Shown here piece by piece: positions 1 through 11,632 of a stretch of DNA of 51,305 bases (position 1 is its first letter; the number at the start of each line of letters is the position of its first letter). Made by a program: the position numbers and the translations under genes. This stretch comes from Octopus bimaculoides (Eukaryota). Below the pieces are notes generated by a model. The model was not told the DNA's origin and ran no database searches. It saw nothing but the letters and a program-made list of their open reading frames with translations. Location: assembly GCF_001194135.2 (NCBI RefSeq), contig NC_068982.1, positions 180,158,214 through 180,209,518 on the forward strand, given 5' to 3'.

Positions 1-18
1 TATATATATATATATATG
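1..18. repeat. (TA)n microsatellite abutting the HHR-bearing unit
   Basis: Pure TA repeat at the window start, directly adjacent to the 19-182 unit. Confidence 0.95.
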
Positions 19-182
19 CAAACAATTACAGCGTGGAAGGTGTTTGTAAGCCATTTAAAAACACACAAAAACCGTTAGATTCACTTTAACATTGAAATTT
101 AATTTGTCAAAATATTTTCGTCTCTTTGAAACAGCGGCCTGTTCACTGACAAAATTCCGTGCTGCACGGAATTTTGTCAGTG
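19..182 (-). mobile_element. PLE pseudo-LTR-like unit with HHR-like motif, ending in a 39-bp perfect palindrome (start of an inverted copy)
   Basis: 144-162 CACTGACAAAATTCCGTGC, T at 163, 164-182 GCACGGAATTTTGTCAGTG form an exact inverted repeat. The minus strand holds an HHR-like fold at 103-153, and the unit's 3' side meets (TA)n. PLE origin is inferred. Confidence 0.5.
103..153 (-). ncRNA. Minimal type-I hammerhead-like motif with compensatory G3:C8 core
   Basis: Minus strand reads TTTGTCA-GTGAACA-G-GCCGC[TGTTTCAAA]GAGAC-GAA-AATATT-T-TGACAAA. It has a 7-bp stem I, palindromic stem III AATATT, core G3UGAAC8A9, and only 3/5 pairs in stem II in this copy. Confidence 0.55.
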
Positions 183-719
183 GCAAATATACTTGGCAAA
201 TAGACTTTACCATACAGTATTGTTACTACACATTTCTCGCTCAGAGGGTTAAAACTAATTGTTTTTCTCTTTACGGGGTCAGTGAGTGTGTCGTCGAGTG
301 ACTGCCATCTCTAACCAGCGATTCTCGTGTACTGGAGAAAGGAAATTACCCAGAAACCATTATTCTGCAGGTATGGCTAGGGCTGGTGGGGGAGCATTAG
401 GTCCCTTGCTCACAGTATACTGACACATAGTGTTTCAGTAGCCAGCTGGAAAAGATGTTTTCCTGCAGGTAAAACGTATTAACACCGTCCTAAGCAGGAC
501 TGCCACTTTACGTTGGCAAATAATCTTTATATATATATATATATATATATATAGATAGATAGATTGATAGATTCTCTGGTTGTGAACAACATATGTGAGT
601 TCAGTAAAATAAAACATTGATCATGTTCTATGGACACGAACGTGTCACTTGAGGGCTGCTGGTACCTTGCAAAACTTTTGGCAAATGGGACAAGTTGAGG
701 ACTCAGTTTGCTTGAGTGC

Positions 720-1557
720 TTGTGGATTATTTACTATGAGTCCTCTTAAGTGGACGGCTAGATCTGCTTTGCTTCGTGCCACAAAACCACAATGGCATGT
801 AAGTGTTTTGCTAGCGTGCCTTCATGCTTGCACGAAGTTGGTCCCGGTGTTGGAGTCGATTTTGCTCACATTTTTGAACTGAGGAGAAGTAAGACTGGTA
901 CCAAGTCTTGCGGTCTGTTGCCTTGTTTTCTCAGGAAGGAAAGGGAATGTTGCATCGTTTCAGATTGTCTTTTAGCCTTTGAAGCGCAAGAGTGCCCTTC
1001 CAACTGACCTTCCTGTTAGAAATTGGCCGAAGAGAAGTTGTTTCGGAATTGTGATATCACTCATACGTGAGAGATGACCTGATCATCTAAGCTGTATTTT
1101 GATGAGGATGGGCTTCAATACCTGTTATGTTGCCTTTTGTAAGTACCTCACTGTTATGAACATGGTCACTCGGTTTTATGTTGGAGATAGTAAGCAAGCA
1201 TTGCCAATGAAAAGCGTCAAACTGATTGATGTGCTTTCGGTACAAAGTCCAAGATTCAGAACCATACGTCAAGACCAGCTAATTATATACATTACATTCC
1301 ACCTTCAACAATACGTCATGGCTGTTCCATAGCCAGTGATAAAGCTTAACAAAAGCAGAGATAGCCTTTCCGATTCTGGACTCGATTTCTTTATCCATCT
1401 TCGCATCATTTGACAGAATGGAACCAAGATAAGTGAAGGAGGAAACAGTTTTTAATGCTTTCCCGTCAATATATACAGTAGGAGCAACAGCGGGAAGGTG
1501 GTCACGAATGGGCTGATGGACAAGCTCAGTTTCCTTGATGTTGATGGTCACACACAC
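720..1557 (-). pseudogene. RTE-clade LINE, 3' part of ORF (RT C-terminus), frameshifted
   Basis: Minus-strand peptides INIKETELVHQP...VSSFTYLGSILSNDAKMDKEIESRIGKAISAF, TYGSESWTLYRKHINQFDAFH, and QLRWSGHLSRMSDITIPKQLLFGQ are hallmark RTE/BovB-type motifs. Confidence 0.9.
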
Positions 1558-2289
1558 GTATACATATATTCGGAGTACACAATTAGAACATTAAATTGTA
1601 AATATTTGTTAGCGTATCACTTAGCATTTATATGTTTTAATACAACAACGTTGGTAAAGAGATTTTCTCTTACACAATTCCCAGAGTATAATGCCTGTCA
1701 ACGGTGTATAGAGTAGTCTCTATGGTTCAACATTTGTGTATTAACATCTATTGATTCATTGCTCTCGATTTTGAACTCATAACAACGCTGTTCTTATGTT
1801 CTTGACCGATAAACGCAACAAGTGTTATTTTGGGATTTCTTTTTAATGGTTTGTTCTGGAGGAGGAATCTGTGCCAATGGATTTTGCAGAATTTCTGAGG
1901 CTGGCGAGATCGATGTGGATGAAATTATCCACAGAAACATTCATTACTTTTCGAATGATGGTCTTGCAGTATTTGCGATGACGGGTAAAACTATCAACTA
2001 CGGATGTCGAAAGATGGAGGATTATTTCGACCAAGTATTGTTGGCCATGTGGCTTTGTTGAACCATTTTATTGCACTGCTGTGAGTGAAAACCCAGTCCT
2101 GTTTGGAAATTGGAGTCTTGGAAACTGTTTCATGCAACAAAGAACAAACATTCGAGGAAATTTCTTTCTCTGCGTGTGACTGTATTCTCCTATAGAATTT
2201 CATAAATTGTATATATCTATTATAACAAACCACCATATACACAGTAAGTAGATATCTTTCAAGTTAATAAGGGAGCCTTTACATGGTAA

Positions 2290-2465
2290 ATCGACCAACT
2301 AGAAATATCAGTAGATTCTCATTCAAACTTACTGTCTTTAAAAAAGAAAAAAAAGGAAGGGCGCATTGGTTAATTCAGTTCTAGATATATTGTCGGGAAA
2401 AAGAGCGTAAAACCTTTAATCATAGATCCATTGAAACAGAACTGATAGGGCGCTAAACAAAAACG
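2290..2465 (+). mobile_element. Degenerate interspersed repeat (SINE-like 3' part); a related stretch lies at about 50015-50220
   Basis: Both loci share an AAAGGA..ATTGG..AAT...GG(C/T)(G/T)(C/T)TAAACAA layout. Family assignment comes from memory of octopus repeats. Confidence 0.3.
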
Positions 2466-3134
2466 GCAATACATGAATAGATAAATAAATAAATAAGCAA
2501 GTCATCTTCAAAAGCCACCATTGTTCAAGTTCAACGTTTCAATATTTGTGAAATCAACGCATCACTTTTATCAGGCACGCTGTTTCCATATTTCATCTCA
2601 ATGCTTTCCATTTTTGACTTAACAATCTCAGTTATTCCATTTTTCACTTACCATTCTCACTGGTTACATTTCCACTTAGCGATATCACTGCTTATAATTT
2701 TCGATCACTGAAGACAAACATTATTTCTCGACGTCAGTAAAAATTCAAACAGTAAATTAGAGTAGTGCTTTGGCATTTTATATTTAATAAATCACTTGCA
2801 TCTATGTGTGTCCCTAGCTTAGATGAAATATATACAAATATTACATACATATTTAATTATTTCTTCTCCCCCCCCTCACTCCCCCCTCACTCNNNNNNNN
2901 NNNNNNNNNNNNNNNNNNNNNNNNNNNNNNNNNNNNNNNNNNNNNNTCTGTAGTCTCTCTGTAGTCTCTCTGTAGACATGTACAAACATATATTACCATA
3001 TATATGTGTGTGTGAGTGTGCGTGAGTGTATGTGTGCGTGTAAACGCGCGCACGCACACACACACACATGCCTAGTGAGAGGAAGATTGCGTTTCAATGT
3101 TTTCGTATGTTTATCTATTTGCGCTAGTTTATAT

Positions 3135-3200
<66 letters not shown>

Positions 3201-4802
3201 GTATATAAAAAAACATATATATGTATGCATGTATATGTGTATGTGGTGTGTGTGAGAGAGAGTGTTTGTTTATACATATATATATATANNNNNNNNNNNN
3301 NNNNNNNNNNNNNNNNNNNNNNNNNNNNNNNNNNNNNNNNNNNNNNNNNNNNNNNNNNNNNNNNNNNNNNNNNNNNNNNNNNNNNNNNNNNNNNNNNNNN
3401 NNNNNNNNNNNNNNNNNNNNNNNNNNNNTATATATGTATGTATATGTGTGTGTTGTGAGAGAGAGAGAGTGTTTGTTTATACATATGAAGTTATCAATAT
3501 GTTTGAGTGTATGTATATGTATATATATGTGTGTGTACAAACACATGTGATTATGTATTTGCGCACGCGCGCGCGTGTCTGTGGCTATATTTACGTACGT
3601 ATATATAAAGAAGATAAAAGATATTGGCTTGCTGTCAGTAGAGTCTTGAAGATGTAACCGTACTTTACCAGCACCATCACCACACCGTGACCACTACAGT
3701 GACAAACACTACCACCACCACCGCCACTGCTGCCACCGCCGCCACCGCCGCCACCGCCACTACCACCACCAATTACGACAAGAGCAAGCACAACAACATC
3801 GTTCAACTATTTCTGTTCCGAGATAAGGAGACCAGTGTCAAACACAACAACTTGATTGATGTGTGCATCAGTTTTTGTTTTCTTATTGTCTCTGATAGAA
3901 TCAACGCGAAATGCAGTTTGCCATAAAGACAGACTGGCCATTCCCGCTAGAATATCAACTGACCGTCGATGTCATCTGACCATTTCTTTCAGAACTTTGT
4001 GCATAGAAATGGTTGAGAGCGGCAATAGATAACTTGTGTAAATCCTATCGTTTTCTGTTGCATTCGTTCACAAACAAGATATCGATTTTTATAAAAATAT
4101 GGTTTTACACAAATAATGTTATAAACTTTTTTGGAGTTTCAATCTCTTGTCTGTCGTATATTTATTTTGGTCGAAATTATTCCACTCCCTCTCTGTAAGA
4201 CAAGGCCTATCACTTCTATTTTGAGTTTTATCGTGTTCGGTTCAATCCTGCTGTAGGTTTAATGCTATATTTGACGATAAAAAATACGAAATAATTGTTA
4301 TTATTTAATTCCTAATTAATCAGGACTGTTAGAGAAGACCATATGATCACATCACAAATATTTTCGGCCTGTCTTTTATTATAGGAACAGTGAACTAGAT
4401 TATCCATTGTTTATAGACTGTAAGGTATAGCTTGAGAAGTTTGGCTGCTATTTTTAGGAGGTCAAAAGACTACGTAGAAACCTCACCTCTTTTCTGTAAG
4501 CTAATCATCTGTATTGCCAAAATGCATTTGATTTGTTCAATGATTCTCTAATTTAGGACAAACCTAATAGTAAGTTGTAACACATACACATACAAACACA
4601 CACACATACGCAGGCGTGCACACACACACACACACACACACGTGTGCTCACACACATATACTTACACACACGCGCGTGCACACATACATATACACACACA
4701 TACATATACACACACGCGTCTTCCTTTTGATCGTTCATTGCACAAGGAAAGACAGGGACAACAAAGCATGGAAACAAATTTGTGATATCTTCTAGTTCTT
4801 GT

Positions 4803-5117
4803 GGAGGCACATGGCCTAGTGATTAGAGCAGCGGACTCGAAATCGAGGGATCGCCGGTTCGAATCTCAGACCGGGTGATGTGTGTGTATATAAGCAAAAC
4901 ACCTACTCTCCATGCGGCTCCGACAAAAGGTAATGGCGAACTTCTGCTGACTCTTTCGCCACAACTTTCTCTCATTCTTTCCTCCCGCATTTAGCAGCTC
5001 ACCTGCGACGGACCGGCATCCTGTCCAGGTGGGGATCCTGTACACCAATTAAACCAAGAAACCATCTCTTACGAGTCAGGCATGGCTCGAGAAGGAACAA
5101 ACAACAGCAACAACAAC
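4803..5117 (+). mobile_element. tRNA-derived SINE, family A (tail type 1)
   Basis: A-box TGGCCTAGTGATT, B-box GGTTCGAATCT, central CCTGCGACGGACCGGCATCCTGTCCAGGTGGGG (V-domain-like) and an (AAC)n tail. The head and body align with 23582-23955. Confidence 0.9.
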
Positions 5118-5329
5118 TTCTAGCTCTTCGGTTTCGAGCAGTATATTTGATTATAGTAAATACAGATAATAATGGGCAAAAATCATGAGGGTTACTCTAT
5201 AAATGGGGTACTCTGCAAAGGGGTGAAATTGGCAGAGAGGCATTACGACAATATAGAAGGAAGTGATGCCAAGGTACCTGTAATTTTGTCGAGGTTTGTT
5301 CTTGTAAACAGTTTCAACAACACTAATTG

Positions 5330-6110
5330 TAAACAAGATGATGTAGTTGTTCCGTGAAACTGTAGATTATCATTCCAGCCTTTAGGAGATTCAGATCAAT
5401 ATGATAATATGAGGCAACAAATCGATAATATTCATCTGAATTATCTAAGGCACCAGGATTGATGATAATATACACCGAGTGCACAAAGCATGTTTTGATT
5501 ATTGCCACTAAATCGTGAGTCAATTTCTGCAATGATTTTAGCAAGACTGAAGTAACAGGTATATGTGAAATGATTGTCTTTGGCAGTTTGCACCTGAAGT
5601 GCTCCTGTTGCTGAGCCAACGCCCAGAGATATCAATGAGATACTATTTTTCATCCAAGGAGCTTTTACTTCATTGAATGGAGGTCACATCCCAAAGATTT
5701 CTGTCATAGTTCCACATAACTTCTCAATTAATTTCCAAACGCTTTCAAATCTGTTTCAATACCTGTTAGTATAAACATTTTCTTGGATGTTGCAGTTATT
5801 CTACTAGTTGTTGTAACATCTACAGTCTTCCCTTGGCGGCATTTGTGGAATCTGTTCGTACTTAGCAGTATTATTTTCATCAAAACCTGTCCAATTAAGA
5901 AGCCAAAATTACGTGACATTCAATAATGCTAAGTAACAAGTTCAGCGGGTACATATGCCACACCCGATTTCCATACGGGTATACTCGTGCACGAATATGT
6001 ATTGAGATGGTCATTGTAATGGTGGTGATGATAGATATAAATGTTCGTTCATTTATATCTGTGTATCCATTGTGATTGGCAGCCATCTGTACGTAGAATT
6101 AAGGAGGTCA
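5330..6110 (-). pseudogene. Decayed hAT-superfamily transposase (C-terminal half)
   Basis: Minus-strand peptides NFGFLIGQVLMKIILLSTNRFHKCRQGKTVDVTT, YFSLAKIIAEIDSRFSGNNQNMLCALG and YHIDLNLLKAGMIIY resemble hAT/ZMYM1-like transposase blocks. There are many stops and frameshifts. Confidence 0.65.
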
Positions 6111-6255
6111 TATGGTCATATTTTTGTATATCAGTATCAGAGAAAACCTTTTTGAATACAATTTAGGCATCAGTAAGTGCTTCTGTGCATATAATACTCG
6201 GGTAAGAGAGGTCATTCGTGTGTAGAGTGGAGTTCTGTAGTATTTGCCAAACAAC

Positions 6256-6257
6256 CT

Positions 6258-6311
<54 letters not shown>

Positions 6312-6353
6312 CACCACCACCACCACCACCACCATTATCATCATCATCATTAT
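6256..6353. repeat. Compound trinucleotide microsatellite (TAC)n(CAC)n(CAT)n
   Basis: Directly visible; it produces the poly-V and poly-L/P artefact ORFs. Confidence 0.95.
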
Positions 6354-6789
6354 TGAAAATCCTTAAACCTGTTATTTCCTGCCTGAATTATAATGACATT
6401 TTTCCATTAGGGAGTTAACGAAAGACTCCTTGAAATGAGGGGGATATCACGTGATTTTTCGGTGGAATTATCCTAAATAGTTCAATTAATTCAAGCCCCT
6501 GTTGACCGCCATAGTTCCCTTAATCACTTCCTGACCGGAAGTTAATCACATCTATTTGTAATTTGATGGAAATTAAAGGTGCTCTTTTTTCCTCCTTCTC
6601 TGGAAGAAAATATCCTATCAATTGAGATTAAGTTTAATTGCGTTGTATGTAGTGGAATGGTTAGAGATGCTTATAATTACTTACACATGGACAAAATAAT
6701 ATATATATATGTGTGCGTAAGTGTGTGCGCGTGTATATATATGTATCAATCTATGTATACATATATATCAACTTATGCATATATTCATA

Positions 6790-6818
6790 TATGTATATAT
6801 GCATGTGTGTATACATAC

Positions 6819-6913
<95 letters not shown>

Positions 6914-7006
6914 AATATTTTAATCTATGTTTATGTCTATCTATCTATCTATCTATATGTATATACATATCAGCCTATGTATATGTATGTGTATATATAT
7001 ACATAT

Positions 7007-7062
<56 letters not shown>

Positions 7063-7065
7063 CAT
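6790..7065. repeat. (TA)n / (TG)n / (TACA)n compound microsatellite
   Basis: Directly visible. Confidence 0.95.
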
Positions 7066-7390
7066 ATGATGCTTTTGATGATTATAATGATGATTGGTGG
7101 TGGTGGTGATAAATGTAAAAATATAGAGATAGTGACGATTGTACATGTTCACGGATTTGACGCTGATTGTAAATATTTTCCCGGTTGAAGGGAATTACTC
7201 AGAGACATCTTCTGCATAAAGTAAAAAAAAAAAAGCATTTAAGTCAGAAATACGTCATATGTAAAACAAACAATTTTGTTTTTGAGCGTTGAAATGTAGT
7301 ATAAGTAGAAAGATATATTTTTCAACGCGTAAATACTGATAGAACAGTATATATATAGGTTAAATTCCTTTTAGAGCGGAAACGTTTGTC

Positions 7391-7466
7391 AGCAACCAGC
7401 CATGTAGATCGAACTCACAGCAGTCCGATTTCCGGTCAGAGAGCTCTACCCTTAAGCTAAACTGCT
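7391..7466 (-). pseudogene. tRNA-like cassette (copy 1, inverted)
   Basis: Reverse complement reads AGCAGTTTAGCTTAAGGGTAGAGCTCTCTGACCGGAAATCGGACTGCTGTGAGTTCGATCTACATGGCTGGTTGCT, homologous to 7655-7730. Confidence 0.55.
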
Positions 7467-7654
7467 GACTGACAAATTCTCCTGCGATTCTAAAGCTTAT
7501 AAAGTTATCCAGAAATGCTACATGTCATCTAAATTACGTGATATGCAAACAAACATAAGCTTGTTTTTGAAGCGTTGAAATGTATTGTAGTATAAGTAAA
7601 AAGATATATTTTTCAACTCGTAAATACTGATAGAACAGCATATATAGGATATAT

Positions 7655-7730
7655 AGCAGTTTAGCTTAAAGGTAGAGCACTCTGACCGGAAATCAGAGGG
7701 GTGTGAGTTCGATCCTCATGGTTGGTTGCT
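7655..7730 (+). pseudogene. tRNA-like cloverleaf (pseudo-tRNA or Pol III cassette) inside inverted repeats
   Basis: D-arm TAGCTTAAAGGTAGAGC; anticodon stem TCTGA/TCAGA with loop CCGGAAA; T-arm GTGAG-TTCGATC-CTCAT; acceptor AGCAGTT pairs with GGTTGCT after a 4-nt GGTT duplication. Confidence 0.6.
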
Positions 7731-9689
7731 AAGAAATTTTTCTGCTCTAAAAGAATTTTATCTTATATATGCTGTTCTATAAGTATTTACGCGTTGAAAA
7801 ATATATCTTTCTACTTATATTTAAGTCAGAGTTACCAGGCATAGTGTTGTGAGTAAAAATGTTTAAGTTAATTAAAATAACAAACGTACAAAAAAACTAA
7901 AATCTAGAATGTTTGTATCCTGTGAAGAGTAAGTCTGGTGTTTAGGAATTATGATGATAACTCTGGACATGTTTCTGCCTTATTAGACCTCTTAAAAAGA
8001 ACATATTCGAATCAGTCATTACCAGGTTTAAGTGGACAGAAAGGTATTGAGTGTGAGTGGGGTGAATAGATACTGATTGTCAACGACTGCTCAGAATGAG
8101 GGCGATGATTTCTGTGAGTGTGTTTGTGTATGTGTGTGTGTGTGTACGTGTGTTTGTGTATAAGAGAGAGAGAGAGAGAGAGAGAGAAGGGAGAAAGAGA
8201 AGAAACAGAGAGAAAGATAGGATGAGATGGAGAGGGAGAGAGTAAGAGATAAGGAGAGGAAGACACTATTTAGCTCTGGAATGCATATCTATGGTTGATG
8301 GAAGTGAAATCCACAATCTAATTCATAAATTGACACGCACACACAGACGTATATATACTCACACATATACACACACCACTACTTTATTTCCACTTCAACC
8401 TCAGCAGGTTTTTGTTTCTTCCTCGTTTAGGAGTGTCTGTGTAGATAACTGCTTTTCGTATGTGTATACATACGTGTATTTGTGTGTGTGTGTGTATACA
8501 CACACATATGTGTGTATGTTTCTATATGTGTGTAAATATACATATATACACACAAATACACACACATATGTGTGTGTGTTCATATTAGTGTGTGCGTGGA
8601 TGTTTCTATGTGTGTGTGTGTGTGTATCTATATCTATTTCTATATATACATATTACTGTTTCTGTGTTGTGTGGGAGTGTTTAAAAATATCATCATAAGC
8701 TGTGCACGTGATAAGTTGGATGGAGAATATGGACTGAGAGTTCGGTTGTTGTAAGTTAAACGGGAAGAAAATGTCGTCTTGTTGGATCTTGGAGAATGTC
8801 ATGAAAAACATTTTCCTTAGCAATGAACTTGAAGATCTGGTTGTAATTTTGTCAACGAGGAAACAGCTTTCAAGCAATGAAACCTGTTACTATTTGGTTT
8901 CTGTTTGTCACCTCACAAGTGATTATTGTGGAGTTGGTGTGTGATTACCTTCGGTGTTTTAGGCAGTGTCATTCACCTCTAGAACTTGGCGGTCTTAAGG
9001 TTGTGGTGTTTCGTTGCTAGAGTTACATACCTAAAGGCATGAAATAAGCCATTCATTCAGGTTCCTCAGGACACAAACCAATAGAATCAGCCATCCGTCT
9101 GAGTTTTGCCGGGCACAAACCTCACTGCCAAGGTGAGTTTGTTTCCAGCCAAGAATAAGCAGTAGAGATATAATGGGGGACTTCGACTACTTCCCTGACT
9201 TGGAGGTCCAGAGACCTCAAATCACAAGGATTTTTGTAAGTTAGGATAATGAATAATGCTTTAATTAGGCAGTAATAAAAATCGATTGAGTCAGGTAGGA
9301 CTAGATTTAGAAGTTAGAATGTTGTAAAATGGATAATAAATTGCATCTAACCATTGTGTTATAAAAAAATAATTTTTTGCTTTGAAAGTAATTGATCGTC
9401 TTATTGTACATCTAAAAACTATCAACATAGCTATTTTGTTTCCTTGTTTGGGTAGTTTAATACTCTTGACTATGGTCTTCTAGTATACGTACGGAAGGAT
9501 TTAAAAACCAGCCTAACGCTGGTGCGAGACAATTGATGGAGATTGACAACATATAATAAATAGCGAAGTAAGTTAAACTAAAAATGCTACAGAATGTAAG
9601 ATATTGCTGTAACAATAGAAAAATATAGAAAAGGAACATCGTCGTGTGCTTTCTCGTTCCAAGGAGGTATTTCACTTGCTGAAATTACA

Positions 9690-10090
9690 TTTATTTCATT
9701 TTCTAACGTAGGCTTTATTTAGACTACGCTGACCCAGATTTATTCGAAACATTCGGTAACATATTCTGTACGGGATCGTCGGTAATTTTTCATTGATGTT
9801 GGCTAAACTTCTCATTCTCATCTGACGCTTTTGGTGCCCCTTAAGTTTTCTGTCTGGCTCACAAAATTCGCAGTCTGGATGGCAGATATGTTTCCATTGT
9901 ATTCTATCTTTTGTAAAAAAATTCAAACTCTGTTTGGGCATTGCAAAGTGTGAGGTGGCGCTTCAAGACATTTCTGAACGTCAGCTGTAGTCTTTCAGGA
10001 TGACGTTTCCTGTTGCCAGTTTAGAATAAATAATGACTTTTGGGCTTCATTTATTGTCCACCCTTTGTACATGGCCAGTATAGTATAGCT
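9690..10090 (-). pseudogene. RTE-clade LINE extreme 3' ORF fragment
   Basis: Minus-strand GHVQRVDNK...PKVIIYSKLATG and FTKDRIQWKHICHPDCEFCEPDRKLKGHQKRQMR...YRICYRMFRINLG match the RTE C-terminal W..L.HV.RM..R.PK / DR..WR / C2H2-like tail pattern. Confidence 0.7.
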
Positions 10091-10639
10091 GATGTTTGAT
10101 GAACATCGTCTCGATAAATAAACGAACAGAAAAATACTACAGGAATTTGATTCTGAATAGTTTTACTGTGAAAATAATTTTATTGCTTCGCCGTGATTTC
10201 TCCACCAGAAACAATATAGTCTCACTTCACTCTCATAAAATGTATCTTAGTCACTGGCCACATGTATTTCTGTATCTATTGTTTTATTTCACCCTCTGTA
10301 TCGCTTCGTCCGCTTTGTTAACCGTTTCCTTATCTTTATTTTATTAAATAAGAATAAAAGCTGACCACCCAACAGGTTGCAATGCGACCCAAACAGACTC
10401 TCTGTTTAAAGAGATAACGCACATTTTCTTCCTTTTACACGTCATCTCCTTATCTCTCCCTCTTTCTCACACTCATACATATACAAACTCACGCAAAAAC
10501 CTACACAGAAACATAGTCACAGGGAACAAACACAAACATGCGTATGTAAACATACAGACATATATAAACATGTGCATTAGTGCCAAACAATTTTATAATG
10601 TATTTTCCTTTCTTTCATTGGGAGTGCCTATGTATGCAT

Positions 10640-10859
10640 GTATGTATGTATGTATGTACATATTGTGTGTGTGTGTGTGTATATGTATGGATGCATGTAT
10701 TATGTGCGTGTGCGTGTGCGTATGTGTATGTGGGTGTGGTGTATGTATGTGTGTATGTGCGCATGCGTGCGTGCGTGCATGCGTGTGTGTATGTGAGTGT
10801 GTGTGTGTATGTGGGTATTATGCATGTAAATGTGTATGCCTGTATGTGCAGCATTTACA

Positions 10860-10900
<41 letters not shown>

Positions 10901-10945
10901 TATGTGTATATGTGTGTGTGTGTGTGTGCGTGTGTATGCGTGTGT
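10640..10945. repeat. (TG)n/(TA)n compound microsatellite
   Basis: Directly visible. Confidence 0.95.
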
Positions 10946-11632
10946 GTTGGCATCACTTAGTTTAAAGACAAGTGTACACTGATTATCAAATGTTAATTGA
11001 ATCAAGTAAAATCCAAACTGTAGGAATAAAAAAGAGAATGTTTTAAAAGAAATTATTGTAATCATGCAATCATAATGAGCGGTAGTAAAACAAATACAAC
11101 AAAAGTAATGTCATTTAATTTAAGAACATTTTAGAAAACGTTTCAATTTTAGTAACTGATATGTATAATAGACAAGTTTTTAATAACTGTTTTATGATAG
11201 ATAGGCGGGTAACTTGACATTACAAATTCAGGTGAGAATTGTCCAATATCGTAACTGATGTGGTCGTCTTAGACCATAAGTACTGTTGTTGATATTATGT
11301 AACACTTGCTGACCATTCTGGGGACAACCGATGAAATAATTGTCTATCCTTAATGGTGTCTATCATGGATGATTGGCTCAATATATTCACAGCTTTTGGA
11401 TGAACATCAGGAAACACAGCCGTCGTTAATATTCTGAAATAAAGGAATCTGTATTTGTGAAGTGAGGTGCAATTTACATTTGTCTGAAAAGCAGACATTC
11501 CACAATCAGTTCTTATATTTTTGTTTGCCCACTCAGTTGTATCTATCAATCTATCTTTTTGTTTGTGTGTGTATATATATAATACACACACACGCACACA
11601 TATATACATCTATGTATATGTGCATATTCATA

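Larger units (their letters stand above)
7249..7818. mobile_element. Composite of two oppositely oriented copies of an inverted-repeat element that carries a tRNA-like cassette
   Basis: Arm A (about 7249-7360) is repeated directly at about 7531-7650 and inverted at about 7762-7818. The internal cassette 7655-7760 is the reverse complement of 7362-7466. ATTTAAGTCAGA flanks the whole at 7237-7248 and 7819-7830. Confidence 0.75.

Noticed and set aside
6108-7188. Poly-V, poly-L/P, YI-repeat and HT/CV-repeat ORFs throughout the window
   Set aside because: They are translations of microsatellites.
7655-7730. Functional tRNA-Ser(GGA) gene
   Set aside because: It has C at position 33, no long variable arm, a shifted acceptor stem, no oligo-T terminator, and is embedded in a repeat; treated as a pseudo-tRNA cassette.
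8650-9240. Complex sequence that might be LINE ORF1/5'UTR or exons
   Set aside because: No diagnostic motif could be recognised in any frame; left unannotated.
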